Part shown: piece by piece, positions 38,101-50,805 of the stretch
Numbering within the stretch: the first letter of the stretch is position 1
Layout of the letters: each line of letters begins with the position of its first letter
NCBI GenBank assembly: GCA_964057225.1
Contig: OZ059897.1
Location: forward strand, 7,564,001 to 7,628,000
DNA from: Auanema rhodensis
Lineage: Eukaryota > Animalia > Nematoda
Reading direction: 5' to 3'
DNA: 64,000 nt
Translations under genes and position numbers: made by a program
Notes under the pieces: model-generated
Seen by the model: only the letters and a program-made list of their open reading frames with translations
Databases searched by the model: none
Told to the model about the DNA's origin: nothing

Positions 38101-41100
38101 TCTGTCCCGAACATGTAAAACTTAATTTTCTTACCTTGTTTAAACTTTTATTTATTCCAGAATCTTGAATTTTTCTTCAAATATAGATCTTTTTGAATTA
38201 AATTTAGAAGTAAATATACTATTGTATGAGTAGGTACTTCATTATTTTTATGAAATGGCGACGATATGTAGCCTCGTTAGCTCAGCTGGTAGAGCGTTAG
38301 ACTTTTAATCTAACGGTCAGGGGTTCGAGCCCCCTACGGGGCTAATTTTTAACATTCTATCTGTTCCGAACATGTAAAAGTTTATTTTCTTACCTTGTTT
38401 AAACTTTTATTTATTACAGAATCTTGAATTTTTCTTCAAATATAGATCTTTTTGAATTAAATTTAGAAGTAAATATACTATTGTATGAGTAGGTACTTCA
38501 TTATTTTTATGAAATGGCGACGATATGTAGCCTCGTTAGCTCAGCTGGTAGAGCGTTAGACTTTTAATCTAACGGTCAGGGGTTCGAGCCCCCTACGGGG
38601 CTAATTTTTTACATTCTATCTGTCCCGAACATGTAAAACTTAATTTTCTTACCTTGTTTAAACTTTTATTTATTCCAGAATCTTGAATTTTTCTTCAAAT
38701 ATAGATCTTTTTGAATTAAATTTAGAAGTAAATATACTATTGTATGAGTAGGTACTTCATTATTTTTATGAAATGGCGACGATATGTAGCCTCGTTAGCT
38801 CAGCTGGTAGAGCGTTAGACTTTTAATCTAACGGTCAGGGGTTCGAGCCCCCTACGGGGCTAATTTTTTACATTCTATCTGTCCCGAACATGTAAAACTT
38901 AATTTTCTTACCTTGTTTAAACTTTTATTTATTCCAGAATCTTGAATTTTTCTTCAAATATAGATCTTTTTGAATTAAATTTAGAAGTAAATATACTATT
39001 CTATGAGTAAGTACTTCATTATTTTTATGAAATGGTGACGATATGTAGCCTCGTTAGCTCAGCTGGTAGAGCGTTAGACTTTTAATCTAACGGTCAGGGG
39101 TTCGAGCCCCCTACGGGGCTAATTTTTAACATTCTATCTGTTCCGAACATGTAAAACTTCATTTTCTTACCTTGTTTAAACTTTTATTTATTCCAGAATC
39201 TTGAATTTTTCTTCAAATATAGATCTTTTTGAATTAAATTTAGAAGTAAATATACTATTGTATGAGTAGGTACTTCATTATTTTTATGAAATGGCGACGA
39301 TATGTAGCCTCGTTAGCTCAGCTGGTAGAGCGTTAGACTTTTAATCTAACGGTCAGGGGTTCGAGCCCCCTACGGGGCTAATTTTTTACATTCTATCTGT
39401 CCCGAACATGTAAAACTTAATTTTCTTACCTTGTTTAAACTTTTATTTATTCCAGAATCTTGAATTTTTCTTCAAATATAGATCTTTTTGAATTAAATTT
39501 AGAAGTAAATATACTATTGTATGAGTAAGTACTTCATTATTTTTATGAAATGGTGACGATATGTAGCCTCGTTAGCTCAGCTGGTAGAGCGTTAGACTTT
39601 TAATCTAACGGTCAGGGGTTCGAGCCCCCTACGGGGCTAATTTTTTACATTCTATCTGTCCCGAACATGTAAAACTTAATTTTCTTACCTTGTTTAAACT
39701 TTTATTTATTCCAGAATCTTGAATTTTTCTTCAAATATAGATCTTTTTGAATTAAATTTAGAAGTAAATATACTATTGTATGAGTAGGTACTTCATTATT
39801 TTTATGAAATGGCGACGATATGTAGCCTCGTTAGCTCAGCTGGTAGAGCGTTAGACTTTTAATCTAACGGTCAGGGGTTCGAGCCCCCTACGGGGCTAAT
39901 TTTTTACATTCTATCTGTCCCGAACATGTAAAACTTTATTTTCTTACCTTGTTTGAACTTTCATTTATTCCAGAATCTTGAATTTTTCTTCAAATATAGA
40001 TCTTTTTGAATTAAATTTAAAAGTAAATATACTATTCTATGAGTAGGTACTTCATTAATTTTATGAAGTTAGGAGGATGTGTAGCCTCGTTAGCTCAGCT
40101 GGTAGAGCGTTAGACTTTTAATCTAACGGTCAGGGGTTCGAGCCCCCTACGGGGCTAATTTTTTACATTCTATCTGTCCCGAACATGTAAAACTTAATTT
40201 TCTTACGTTGTTTAAACTTTTATTTATTCCAGAATCTTGAATTTTTCTTCAAATATAGATCTTTTTGAATTAAATTTAGAAGTAAATATACTATTCTATG
40301 AGTAAGTACTTCATTATTTTTATGAAATGGTGACGATATGTAGCCTCGTTAGCTCAGCTGGTAGAGCGTTAGACTTTTAATCTAACGGTCAGGGGTTCGA
40401 GCCCCCTACGGGGCTAATTTTTTACATTCTATCTGTCCCGAACATGTAAAACTTAATTTTCTTACCTTGTTTAAACTTTTATTTATTCCAGAATCTTGAA
40501 TTTTTCTTCAAATATAGATCTTTTTGAATTAAATTTAGAAGTAAATATACTATTGTATGAGTAAGTACTTCATTATTTTTATGAAATGGTGACGATATGT
40601 AGCCTCGTTAGCTCAGCTGGTAGAGCGTTAGACTTTTAATCTAACGGTCAGGGGTTCGAGCCCCCTACGGGGCTAATTTTTTACATTCTATCTGTCCCGA
40701 ACATGTAAAACTTAATTTTCTTACCTTGTTTAAACTTTTATTTATTCCAGAATCTTGAATTTTTCTTCAAATATAGATCTTTTTGAATTAAATTTAGAAG
40801 TAAATATACTATTGTATGAGTAGGTACTTCATTATTTTTATGAAATGGCGACGATATGTAGCCTCGTTAGCTCAGCTGGTAGAGCGTTAGACTTTTAATC
40901 TAACGGTCAGGGGTTCGAGCCCCCTACGGGGCTAATTTTTTACATTCTATCTGTCCCGAACATGTAAAACTTTATTTTCTTACCTTGTTTGAACTTTCAT
41001 TTATTCCAGAATCTTGAATTTTTCTTCAAATATAGATCTTTTTGAATTAAATTTAAAAGTAAATATACTATTCTATGAGTAGGTACTTCATTAATTTTAT

Positions 41101-42155
41101 GAAGTTAGGAGGATGTGTAGCCTCGTTAGCTCAGCTGGTAGAGCGTTAGACTTTTAATCTAACGGTCAGGGGTTCGAGCCCCCTACGGGGCTAATTTTTT
41201 ACATTCTATCTGTCCCGAACATGTAAAACTTAATTTTCTTACGTTGTTTAAACTTTTATTTATTCCAGAATCTTGAATTTTTCTTCAAATATAGATCTTT
41301 TTGAATTAAATTTAGAAGTAAATATACTATTCTATGAGTAAGTACTTCATTATTTTTATGAAATGGTGATGATATGTAGCCTCGTTAGCTCAGCTGGTAG
41401 AGCGTTAGACTTTTAATCTAACGGTCAGGGGTTCGAGCCCCCTACGGGGCTAATTTTTTACATTCTATCTGTCCCGAACATGTAAAACTTAATTTTCTTA
41501 CCTTGTTTAAACTTTTATTTATTCCAGAATCTTGAATTTTTCTTCAAATATAGATCTTTTTGAATTAAATTTAGAAGTAAATATAATATTGTATGAGTAA
41601 GTACTTCATTATTTTTATGAAATGGTGACGATATGTAGCCTCGTTAGCTCAGCTGGTAGAGCGTTAGACTTTTAATCTAACGGTCAGGGGTTCGAGCCCC
41701 CTACGGGGCTAATTTTTTACATTCTATCTGTCCCGAACATGTAAAACTTAATTTTCTTACCTTGTTTAAACTTTTATTTATTCCAGAATCTTGAATTTTT
41801 CTTCAAATATAGATCTTTTTGAATTAAATTTAGAATTAAATATACTATTGTATGAGTAGGTACTTCATTATTTTTATGAAATGGCGACGATATGTAGCCT
41901 CGTTAGCTCAGCTGGTAGAGCGTTAGACTTTTAATCTAACGGTCAGGGGTTCGAGCCCCCTACGGGGCTAATTTTTAACATTCTATCTGTTCCGAACATG
42001 TAAAACTTAATTTTCTTACCTTGTTTAAACTTTTATTTATTCCAGAATCTTGAATTTTTCTTCAAATATAGATCTTTTTGAATTAAATTTAGAAGTAAAT
42101 ATACTATTGTATGAGTAGGTACTTCATTATTTTTATGAAATGGCGACGATATGTA

Positions 42156-42227
42156 GCCTCGTTAGCTCAGCTGGTAGAGCGTTAGACTTTTAATCTAACG
42201 GTCAGGGTTCGAGCCCCCTACGGGGCT
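42156..42227 (+). pseudogene. tRNA-Lys variant with 1-nt deletion in the T stem
   Basis: GTCAGGGTTCGA (one G lost); the same lesion is seen at 63808. Confidence 0.55.
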
Positions 42228-43190
42228 AATTTTTTACATTCTATCTGTCCCGAACATGTAAAACTTTATTTTCTTACCTTGTTTGAACTTTCATTTATTC
42301 CAGAATCTTGAATTTTTCTTCAAATATAGATCTTTTTGAATTAAATTTAAAAGTAAATATACTATTCTATGAGTAGGTACTTCATTAATTTTATGAAGTT
42401 AGGAGGATGTGTAGCCTCGTTAGCTCAGCTGGTAGAGCGTTAGACTTTTAATCTAACGGTCAGGGGTTCGAGCCCCCTACGGGGCTAATTTTTTACATTC
42501 TATCTGTCCCGAGCATGTAAAACTTAATTTTCTTACCTTGTTTAAACTTTTATTTATTCCAGAATCTTGAATTTTTCTTCAAATTTAGATCTTTTTGAAT
42601 TAAATTTAGAAGTAAATATACTATTGTATGAGTAGGTACTTCATTATTTTTATGAAATGGCGACGATATGTAGCCTCGTTAGCTCAGCTGGTAGAGCGTT
42701 AGACTTTTAATCTAACGGTCAGGGGTTCGAGCCCCCTACGGGGCTAATTTTTTACATTCTATCTGTCCCGAGCATGTAAAACTTAATTTTCTTACCTTGT
42801 TTAAACTTTTATTTATTCCAGAATCTTGAATTTTTCTTCAAATATAGATCTTTTTGAATTAAATTCAGAAGTAAATATAGTATTGTATGAGTAGGTACTT
42901 CATTAATTTTATGAAGTTAGGAGGATGTGTAGCCTCGTTAGCTCAGCTGGTAGAGCGTTAGACTTTTAATCTAACGGTCAGGGGTTCGAGCCCCCTACGG
43001 GGCTAATTTTTTACATTCTATCTGTCCCGAACATGTAGAACTTAATTTTCTTAGCTTGTTTAAACTTTCATTTATTCCAGAATCTTGAATTTTTCTTCAA
43101 ATATAGATGTTTTTGAATTAAATTTAGAAGTAAATATACTATTGTATGAGTAGGTACTTCATTATTTTTATGAAATGGCGACGATATGTA

Positions 43191-43263
43191 GCCTCGTTAG
43201 CTCAGCTGGTAGAGCGTTAGACTTTTAATCTAACGGTCAGGGGTTCGAGCCCCCTACGGGGCT
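43191..43263 (+). tRNA. trnK-UUU: tRNA-Lys(UUU), last copy of block 1
   Basis: Consensus sequence; its T-run terminator is fused directly to the truncated E2 LTR. Confidence 0.95.
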
Positions 43264-43269
43264 AATTTT

Positions 43270-43586
43270 TCGATCCTATAGACCAATAAAGCCTACAAGA
43301 TGAGTGTGATAGTATTCCAGATGTAGCGGTAGATAAAGAGCATAATGGATAAACATAAGACTCGAGAAAGAAAGGTTTATTATGTCTACATGATTACAAT
43401 AAGTTATATAAGTCTACATAAAGATATAAAGTGAAAGAGAGCTAAGAAAGGAAGACCAACCATCCATAGTCATTCAATAAGGCAAAGCTGAAGTCTGTGT
43501 TCCATATGATGGGCGTGTCGTCCTCTCTCAGCCTCATGTCGTCTGATTCTAACCCGCCTGCTACGTATTGATTTCCGAATGGAACG
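43270..43586 (-). repeat. E2 3' LTR lacking its terminal ~20 bp
   Basis: Matches 46246-46562; CGTTCCGTTATGCTCTCACG is missing at the array junction. Confidence 0.92.
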
Positions 43587-44234
43587 TGCCATTTTTTCGA
43601 GTTTATGTCGCGTCCCCGCGAATAGCAAAATATGTGGCTTGTTTCAATCGTAGCAGAAGGTTTAGTTTTAAAAATAAAAATTACAATGTTAACATAAAAA
43701 TAGTAAAGATAAATTACAATATAATGTTAAACAATAGTATCTGAAAAGAATTCAATAAAAATTATTTGAAAATACATGAATATTAAGTAATAAAACAATC
43801 TTTTAGAATACCAGGGCTATATTTTGTCAGCGAGAGTGCGCAAAATAGCTTTTTAGGCACGACGCTGCATGTCTAACTTGTTTGAGTATAGAGAAACGAG
43901 AGTCATGCTATATTATCGATGGAGCTAGCATGTTTCCTCAGCGTATTCAAAGCGAATTGTAATAATAAAAAAATGAAAATAAATTAAATCCCATATAATT
44001 TCCAAAATTGAATCATTAACTACTTGATAAGGACTGTTGCTCAGATGAATATGCAATATAATGTCTCTTATCTTTCATTTCTTCTTTATTTACCGGAAAT
44101 TATTTGAAATTGATGTTTTTTTTTTTTTTTTGAAAAATTGAAGTATTATAATCATATATGCTTTGAAACTGAAGTGCTTTTTGATTATTAGCTTACATCT
44201 CGTCTTACTCAAGTTTTTCAATGATATAATAATA

Positions 44235-44887
44235 TTAATAGCTCTGGTTTTTTAAAAGAGAGTTGATACAAAGTTTTACAATAATTTTATCAATCTCGAA
44301 ATTATTTCTTTCATCGTCTTCTTCTTGGTGGTAGCCAATTTGGTCCGATGGGTCTTCTGGTTCTGTTTCTTCAGTAGAGTCATAGTTATCGTTACCATTT
44401 ATGACTTTTATGATCTCAATATCGCTGTCGTCGTCCGTGTCATAAGTCGTTGTATTTGATCGCAAAAGTTTGAGATTGTCTTTGTGTACGTTTTGAATTT
44501 TTCCAAATGGATTCTTGAGTTGTACCATGTTTCCTTCAACGTTGTTGACTTCTTAGCAGTAACTGGTGTTTGTTCTTCCATTGTGATGGATGTTTCTTCT
44601 CCTCCTGGTGGTACGTAATCCTCGTCGCTTAATCGTTCAGTAGGTGAATAAGTGCCTGCACGAGGAGTAAAGAATTTGTCGGTTTTGTGCTCGGCTTTCT
44701 GCTCGTCTTCGATTATAGCGATGCTCTGCGCGCGAGCTCGGCTTCTGGTGAGTGGAGCTGAGTCTCGCAGATCAAAATCAGTTCGTGTACTGAGAGGTAC
44801 AGCTGATCGGAATCGCTTATCCACTTTGGTAGTGCTCTTGGTTTGGAAAAACCTTGAGTGTTTAGTAACGTGGGGGATTTTGAGACG
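44235..44887 (-). pseudogene. E2 polyprotein remnant: N-terminal ~110 codons fused out of frame to the last ~90 codons of integrase
   Basis: KRFRSAVPLST..SAPLTRSRARAQ..EEQTPVTAKK matches the E1 N-terminus; EVNNVEGNMVQLKNPFGKIQNVHKDNLKL..DDDSDIEII matches the E1 C-terminus; junction ~44549-44552. Confidence 0.9.
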
Positions 44888-46212
44888 TTAATGAGTGTTA
44901 TGGATAAGGAGTTTTGGAAAAGGAATGAGAAAGCTGTGAGTAACTGGTTTGTATAGTCGGCGTTAAGGAATGAATCTAAGTTGTGGCCATCAACAGAGAT
45001 CCGCCTAAATTTGGACTTTGTTCGCTCTCCAATTTAATATTCTTAAATGTATATAATTCAACCAGTTTGTATATGTTCAAAAATGTTCAGTGCTCACTTG
45101 ATTGATGCCTGAGCAATCTCATTAGTCCTTATTCCCATTTTTTTTTCTTTTTCTGACAATTCTGATCTTCTTGGACTCACGAGTGATCGAAAATGCCACG
45201 AAAATGGACTTTGGTAAATGTTCAAAGGATTTTAGCGGTTTTCATAATGTACATTCGTAATAGCATTACTCTTTTAAGGAAGCAATTTGGAAAACGAATG
45301 AGTACCGTAGTCCCATCATGATCAGAAATCTAGTTTTAAAATTATGGCTAGGAATAGATGACTAAAGATTACAATAACTATATTTAAAGAATTATGGTGT
45401 TTAGGAATGAGTCTTATGCTTCAAAACAACAATAACGGTATGAGGAAGGTGACATATAGTAAGGGGAGAAAATCCAAACTGATATGCTTAAGCCAACACG
45501 ACCTGATAGACAATCACTAATAATAATTCAGTTCGTAAAATTGTACAGGATTTTTCGGACTATAGCGATCTTAAAATTCACTTTTCATAATATTCCTCCC
45601 ATTTAGGTGAGGTTTCCCGTGTAAATTCAATGCGTTATCAAATTATTTTTGGATGTTAATGGCAAAAAGTTGTCTGAACAGAAATGTAACGCAAAATAAA
45701 ATAGTCCTGATCGCAAAATATGAAATAATCTCAATTTGGTGCGCAAAATTGTTTCATCCACAAAAAACAAAGAAATAACCGTGGCTATTCTTTCCTCGAA
45801 GCCAAAATCAATCCTTAAAAGAAGAAAGTGTGGGCATAAATCTCAAAAAAAAATTATCCTTGGGTGAATTTGTTCACTAATTCATCCTAGGGTCCTCAAA
45901 AATGCTTCGAGTTCGGGTAACAGAGTATTCGATGTTAACAGCAAGGATATAAAAATTGTTGGGTTCAGACAGACAGAAAATTGTGAACAAACGGGAAAAC
46001 GTAACTTCAGTTTCAAAAAATATAAAATATCCATCTCCAAAAGGAGTGGTCCTTGCATCTGTTCCCTTTTAAACGTTGTTGGCCCCACCGTATTGTGTTA
46101 AGACATGGAGTAGATGGTTTAGAGATATAAGAGAATTCAGATTCAATGAATTGTATTGAAAATAAAGAAATATAAGAGAAAATAGTCAAGAAATCAAGAT
46201 AAAAATGTTCGA

Positions 46213-46225
46213 GGTGGAACCTCCA
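46213..46225 (-). promoter_or_regulatory. E2 primer-binding site, complementary to the tRNA-Gln 3' end
   Basis: TGGAGGTTCCACC directly after the 5' LTR; complement of GGTGGAACCT-CCA, as I recall the metazoan tRNA-Gln 3' end. Confidence 0.8.
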
Positions 46226-46562
46226 CGTTCCGTTATGCTCTCACGTCGATCCTATAGACCAATAAAGCCTACAAGATGAGTGTGATAGTATTCCAGATGT
46301 AGCGGTAGATAAAGAGCATAATGGATAAACATAAGACTCGAGAAAGAAAGGTTTATTATGTCTACATGATTACAATAAGTTATATAAGTCTACATAAAGA
46401 TATAAAGTGAAAGAGAGCTAAGAAAGGAAGACCAACCATCCATAGTCATTCCATAAGGCAAAGCTGAAGTCTGTGTTCCATATGAAGGGCGTGTCGTCCT
46501 CTCTCAGCCTCATGTCGTCTGATTCTAACCCGCCTGCTACGTATTGATTTCCGAATGGAACG
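46226..46562 (-). repeat. E2 5' LTR (337 bp), termini CGTTCC...GGAACG
   Basis: Bounded by array sequence on one side and the PBS on the other; near-identical to 43270-43586. Confidence 0.93.
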
Positions 46563-46576
46563 GGCAACGATATGTA

Positions 46577-46649
46577 GCCTCGTTAGCTCAGCTGGTAGAG
46601 CGTTATACTTTTAATCTAACGGTCAGGGGTTCGAGCCCCCTACGGGGCT
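46577..46649 (+). pseudogene. tRNA-Lys variant next to E2 with an anticodon-stem mismatch
   Basis: TTATA instead of TTAGA. Confidence 0.5.
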
Positions 46650-46835
46650 AATTTTTAACATTCTATCTGTTCCGAACATGTAAAACTTTATTTTCTTACC
46701 TTGTTTAAACTTTTATTCATTCCAGAATCTTGAATTTTTCTTCAAATATAGATCTTTTTGAATTAAATTTAGAAGTAAATATACTATTGTATGAGTAGGT
46801 ACTTCATTAATTTTATGAAGTTAGGAGGATGTGTA

Positions 46836-46908
46836 GCCTCGTTAGCTCAGCTGGTAGAGCGTTAGACTTTTAATCTAACGGTCAGGGGTTCGAGCCCCCT
46901 ACGGGGCT
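46836..46908 (+). tRNA. trnK-UUU: tRNA-Lys(UUU), representative of block 2
   Basis: Consensus cloverleaf. Confidence 0.95.
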
Positions 46909-49900
46909 AATTTTTTACATTCTATCTGTCCCGAACATGTAAAACTTAATTTTCTTACCTTGTTTAAACTTTTATTCATTCCAGAATCTTGAATTTTTCT
47001 TCAAATATAGATCTTTTTGAATTAAATTTAGAAGTAAATATACTATTGTATGAGTAGGTACTTCATTAATTTTATGAAGTTAGGAGGATGTGTAGCCTCG
47101 TTAGCTCAGCTGGTAGAGCGTTAGACTTTTAATCTAACGGTCAGGGGTTCGAGCCCCCTACGGGGCTAATTTTTTACATTCTATCTGTCCCGAACATGTA
47201 AAACTTTATTTTCTCACCTTGTTTGAACTTTTATTTATTCCAGAATCTTGAATTTTTTTTCAAATATAGATCTTTTTGAATTAAATTTAAAAGTAAATAT
47301 ACTATTCTATGAGTAGGTACTTCATTAATTTTATGAAGTTAGGAGGATGTGTAGCCTCGTTAGCTCAGCTGGTAGAGCGTTAGACTTTTAATCTAACGGT
47401 CAGGGGTTCGAGCCCCCTACGGGGCTAATTTTTTACATTCTATCTGTCCCGAACATGTAAAACTTAATTTTCTTACCTTGTTTAAACTTTTATTCATTCC
47501 AGAATCTTGAATTTTTTTTCAAATATAGATCTTTTTGAATTAAATTTAAAAGTAAATATACTATTCTATGAGTAGGTACTTCATTAATTTTATGAAGTTA
47601 GGAGGATGTGTAGCCTCGTTAGCTCAGCTGGTAGAGCGTTAGACTTTTAATCTAACGGTCAGGGGTTCGAGCCCCCTACGGGGCTAATTTTTTACATTCT
47701 ATCTGTCCCGAACATGTAAAACTTAATTTTCTTACCTTGTTTAAACTTTTATTTATTCCAGAATCTTGAATTTTTCTTCAAATATAGATCTTTTTGAATT
47801 AAATTTAGAAGTAAATATACTATTGTATGAGTAAGTACTTCATTATTTTTATGAAATGGTGACGATATGTAGCCTCGTTAGCTCAGCTGGTAGAGCGTTA
47901 GACTTTTAATCTAACGGTCAGGGGTTCGAGCCCCTTACGGGGCTAATTTTTTACATTCTATCTGTCCCGAACATGTAAAACTTAATTTTCTTACCTTGTT
48001 TAAACTTTTATTTATTCCAGAATCTTGAATTTTTCTTCAAATATAGATCTTTTTGAATTAAATTTAGAAGTAAATATACTATTGTATGAGTAGGTACTTC
48101 ATTATTTTTATGAAATGGCGACGATATGTAGCCTCGTTAGCTCAGCTGGTAGAGCGTTAGACTTTTAATCTAACGGTCAGGGGTTCGAGCCCCCTACGGG
48201 GCTAATTTTTTACATTCTATCTGTCCCGAACATGTAAAACTTTATTTTCTTACCTTGTTTGAACTTTCATTTATTCCAGAATCTTGAATTTTTCTTCAAA
48301 TATAGATCTTTTTGAATTAAATTTAAAAGTAAATATACTATTCTATGAGTAGGTACTTCATTAATTTTATGAAGTTAGGAGGATGTGTAGCCTCGTTAGC
48401 TCAGCTGGTAGAGCGTTAGACTTTTAATCTAACGGTCAGGGGTTCGAGCCCCCTACGGGGCTAATTTTTACATTCTATCTGTCCCGAACATGTAAAACTT
48501 AATTTTCTTACCTTGTTTAAACTTTTATTTATTCCAGAATCTTGAATTTTTCTTCAAATATAGATCTTTTTGAATTAAATTTAGAAGTAAATATACTATT
48601 CTATGAGTAAGTACTTCATTATTTTTATGAAATGGTGACGATATGTAGCCTCGTTAGCTCAGCTGGTAGAGCGTTAGACTTTTAATCTAACGGTCAGGGG
48701 TTCGAGCCCCCTACGGGGCTAATTTTTTACATTCTATCTGTCCCGAACATGTAAAACTTAATTTTCTTACCTTGTTTAAACTTTTATTTATTCCAGAATC
48801 TTGAATTTTTCTTCAAATATAGATCTTTTTGAATTAAATTTAGAAGTAAATATAATATTGTATGAGTAAGTACTTCATTATTTTTATGAAATGGCGTCGA
48901 TATGTAGCCTCGTTAGCTCAGCTGGTAGAGCGTTAGACTTTTAATCTAACGGTCAGGGGTTCGAGCCCCCTACGGGGCTAATTTTTAACATTCTATCTGT
49001 TCCGAACATGTAAAACTTTATTTTCTTACCTTGTTTAAACTTTTATTTATTCCAGAATCTTGAATTTTTCTTCAAATATAGATCTTTTTGAATTAAATTT
49101 AGAAGTAAATATACTATTGTATGAGTAGGTACTTCATTATTTTTATGAAGTTAGGAGGATGTGTAGCCTCGTTAGCTCAGCTGGTAGAGCGTTAGACTTT
49201 TAATCTAACGGTCAGGGGTTCGAGCCCCCTACGGGGCTAATTTTTTACATTCTATCTGTCCCGAACATGTAAAACTTAATTTTCTTACCTTGTTTAAACT
49301 TTTATTTATTCCAGAATCTTGAATTTTTCTTCAAATATAGATCTTTTTGAATTAAATTTAGAAGTAAATATACTATTGTATGAGTAGGTACTTCATTAAT
49401 TTTATGAAGTTAGGAGGATGTGTAGCCTCGTTAGCTCAGCTGGTAGAGCGTTAGACTTTTAATCTAACGGTCAGGGGTTCGAGCCCCCTACGGGGCTAAT
49501 TTTTACATTCTATCTGTCCCGAACATGTAAAACTTTATTTTCTTACCTTGTTTGAACTTTCATTTATTCCAGAATCTTGAATTTTTCTTCAAATATAGAT
49601 CTTTTTGAATTAAATTTAAAAGTAAATATACTATTCTATGAGTAGGTACTTCATTAATTTTATGAAGTTAGGAGGATGTGTAGCCTCGTTAGCTCAGCTG
49701 GTAGAGCGTTAGACTTTTAATCTAACGGTCAGGGGTTCGAGCCCCCTACGGGGCTAATTTTTTACATTCTATCTGTCCCGAACATGTAAAACTTTATTTT
49801 CTTACCTTGTTTGAACTTTCATTTATTCCAGAATCTTGAATTTTTCTTCAAATATAGATCTTTTTGAATTAAATTTAAAAGTAAATATACTATTCTATGA

Positions 49901-50199
49901 GTAGGTACTTCATTAATTTTATGAAGTTAGGAGGATGTGTAGCCTCGTTAGCTCAGCTGGTAGAGCGTTAGACTTTTAATCTAACGGTCAGGGGTTCGAG
50001 CCCCCTACGGGGCTAATTTTTACATTCTATCTGTCCCGAACATGTAAAACTTAATTTTCTTACCTTGTTTAAACTTTTATTTATTCCAGAATCTTGAATT
50101 TTTCTTCAAATATAGATCTTTTTGAATTAAATTTAGAAGTAAATATACTATTCTATGAGTAAGTACTTCATTATTTTTATGAAATGGTGACGATATGTA

Positions 50200-50272
50200 G
50201 CCTCGTTAGCTCAGCTGGTAGAGCGTTAGACTTTTAATCTAACGGTCAGGGGTTTGAGCCCCCTACGGGGCT
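50200..50272 (+). pseudogene. tRNA-Lys variant next to E3 with a B-box mutation
   Basis: GGTTTGAG instead of GGTTCGAG (invariant C56). Confidence 0.6.
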
Positions 50273-50371
50273 AATTTTTTACATTCTATCTGTCCCGAAC
50301 ATGTAAAACTTAATTTTCTTACCTTGTTTAAACTTTTATTTATTCCAGAATCTTGAATTTTTCTTCAAATA

Positions 50372-50787
50372 TGTTACATACATATCTCAAAGGAAAGCAG
50401 CTGACCATGGCAGCTGCTATTATTAAACTAATGCAGATAGTTTTTAAGCAATTCTGAGAATATTCTAGATGCACTTTTTATAAACTTTGTAACAATTTGT
50501 GTAAACTGAGTAGGAGTTGTATGGATATATAAACCTGAGTCCTCAAGACTCAGGATCTCATTATCTCATTATCTTACTTTCTCTTTATCTTCTTTATATT
50601 CTCTTTCTTAACTCTAGCTTTAATCTTTGTATAATTATATTATAATGCGAACAATAAACCTTTATATATTTCATCTCTTGTTTCTTATTTCACCTTACAT
50701 TACACACTTATATTTAAAATCATACTCATCGTCTCATAATCTGTTTGGATATCTCAACTTGGAACCATTGAGAATCTAAATGGAACG
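50372..50787 (+). repeat. E3 5' LTR (TGTTAC...GGAACG)
   Basis: Direct repeat of 62265-62680; TATATAAA at 50526-50533; AATAAA at 50653-50658. Confidence 0.97.
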
Positions 50788-50805
50788 TGGAGGTTCCGCC
50801 GAGAT
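50788..50805 (+). promoter_or_regulatory. E3 primer-binding site, tRNA-Gln
   Basis: TGGAGGTTCCGCCGAGAT immediately 3' of the LTR; complementary to ATCTCGGTGGAACCTCCA with one G:U pair. Confidence 0.85.

Larger units (their letters stand above)
10035..43269 (+). repeat. tRNA-Lys(UUU) tandem array block 1: 129 copies of a 259-bp unit (73-nt gene + 186-bp AT-rich spacer)
   Basis: Gene starts at 10040, 10299, 10558, 10817 ... 43191 (10040+259n, one 1-bp deletion near 42205); units differ only at scattered single positions. Confidence 0.97.
43270..46562 (-). mobile_element. E2: 3.3-kb non-autonomous, internally deleted relative of E1
   Basis: Two LTRs differing at 2 positions by eye; PBS; PPT-like GAAAAAATGG-CA; long 5' leader; N-terminal ORF fragment joined to the integrase C-terminus; 3' UTR blocks shared with E1. 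Confidence 0.93.
46563..50371 (+). repeat. tRNA-Lys(UUU) array block 2: 15 copies
   Basis: Gene starts 46577, 46836 ... 50200; same 259-bp unit with three 1-bp deletions. Confidence 0.96.

Noticed and set aside
10035-43269. CRISPR-like repeat-spacer array
   Set aside because: Spacers are near-identical rather than unique, the repeat is a full tRNA gene, and there are no cas genes.
45882-46088. 68-aa ORF in the E2 leader, and ORF 9622-9819 over the E1 LTR
   Set aside because: Short, no recognisable homology, located in non-coding cis regions.
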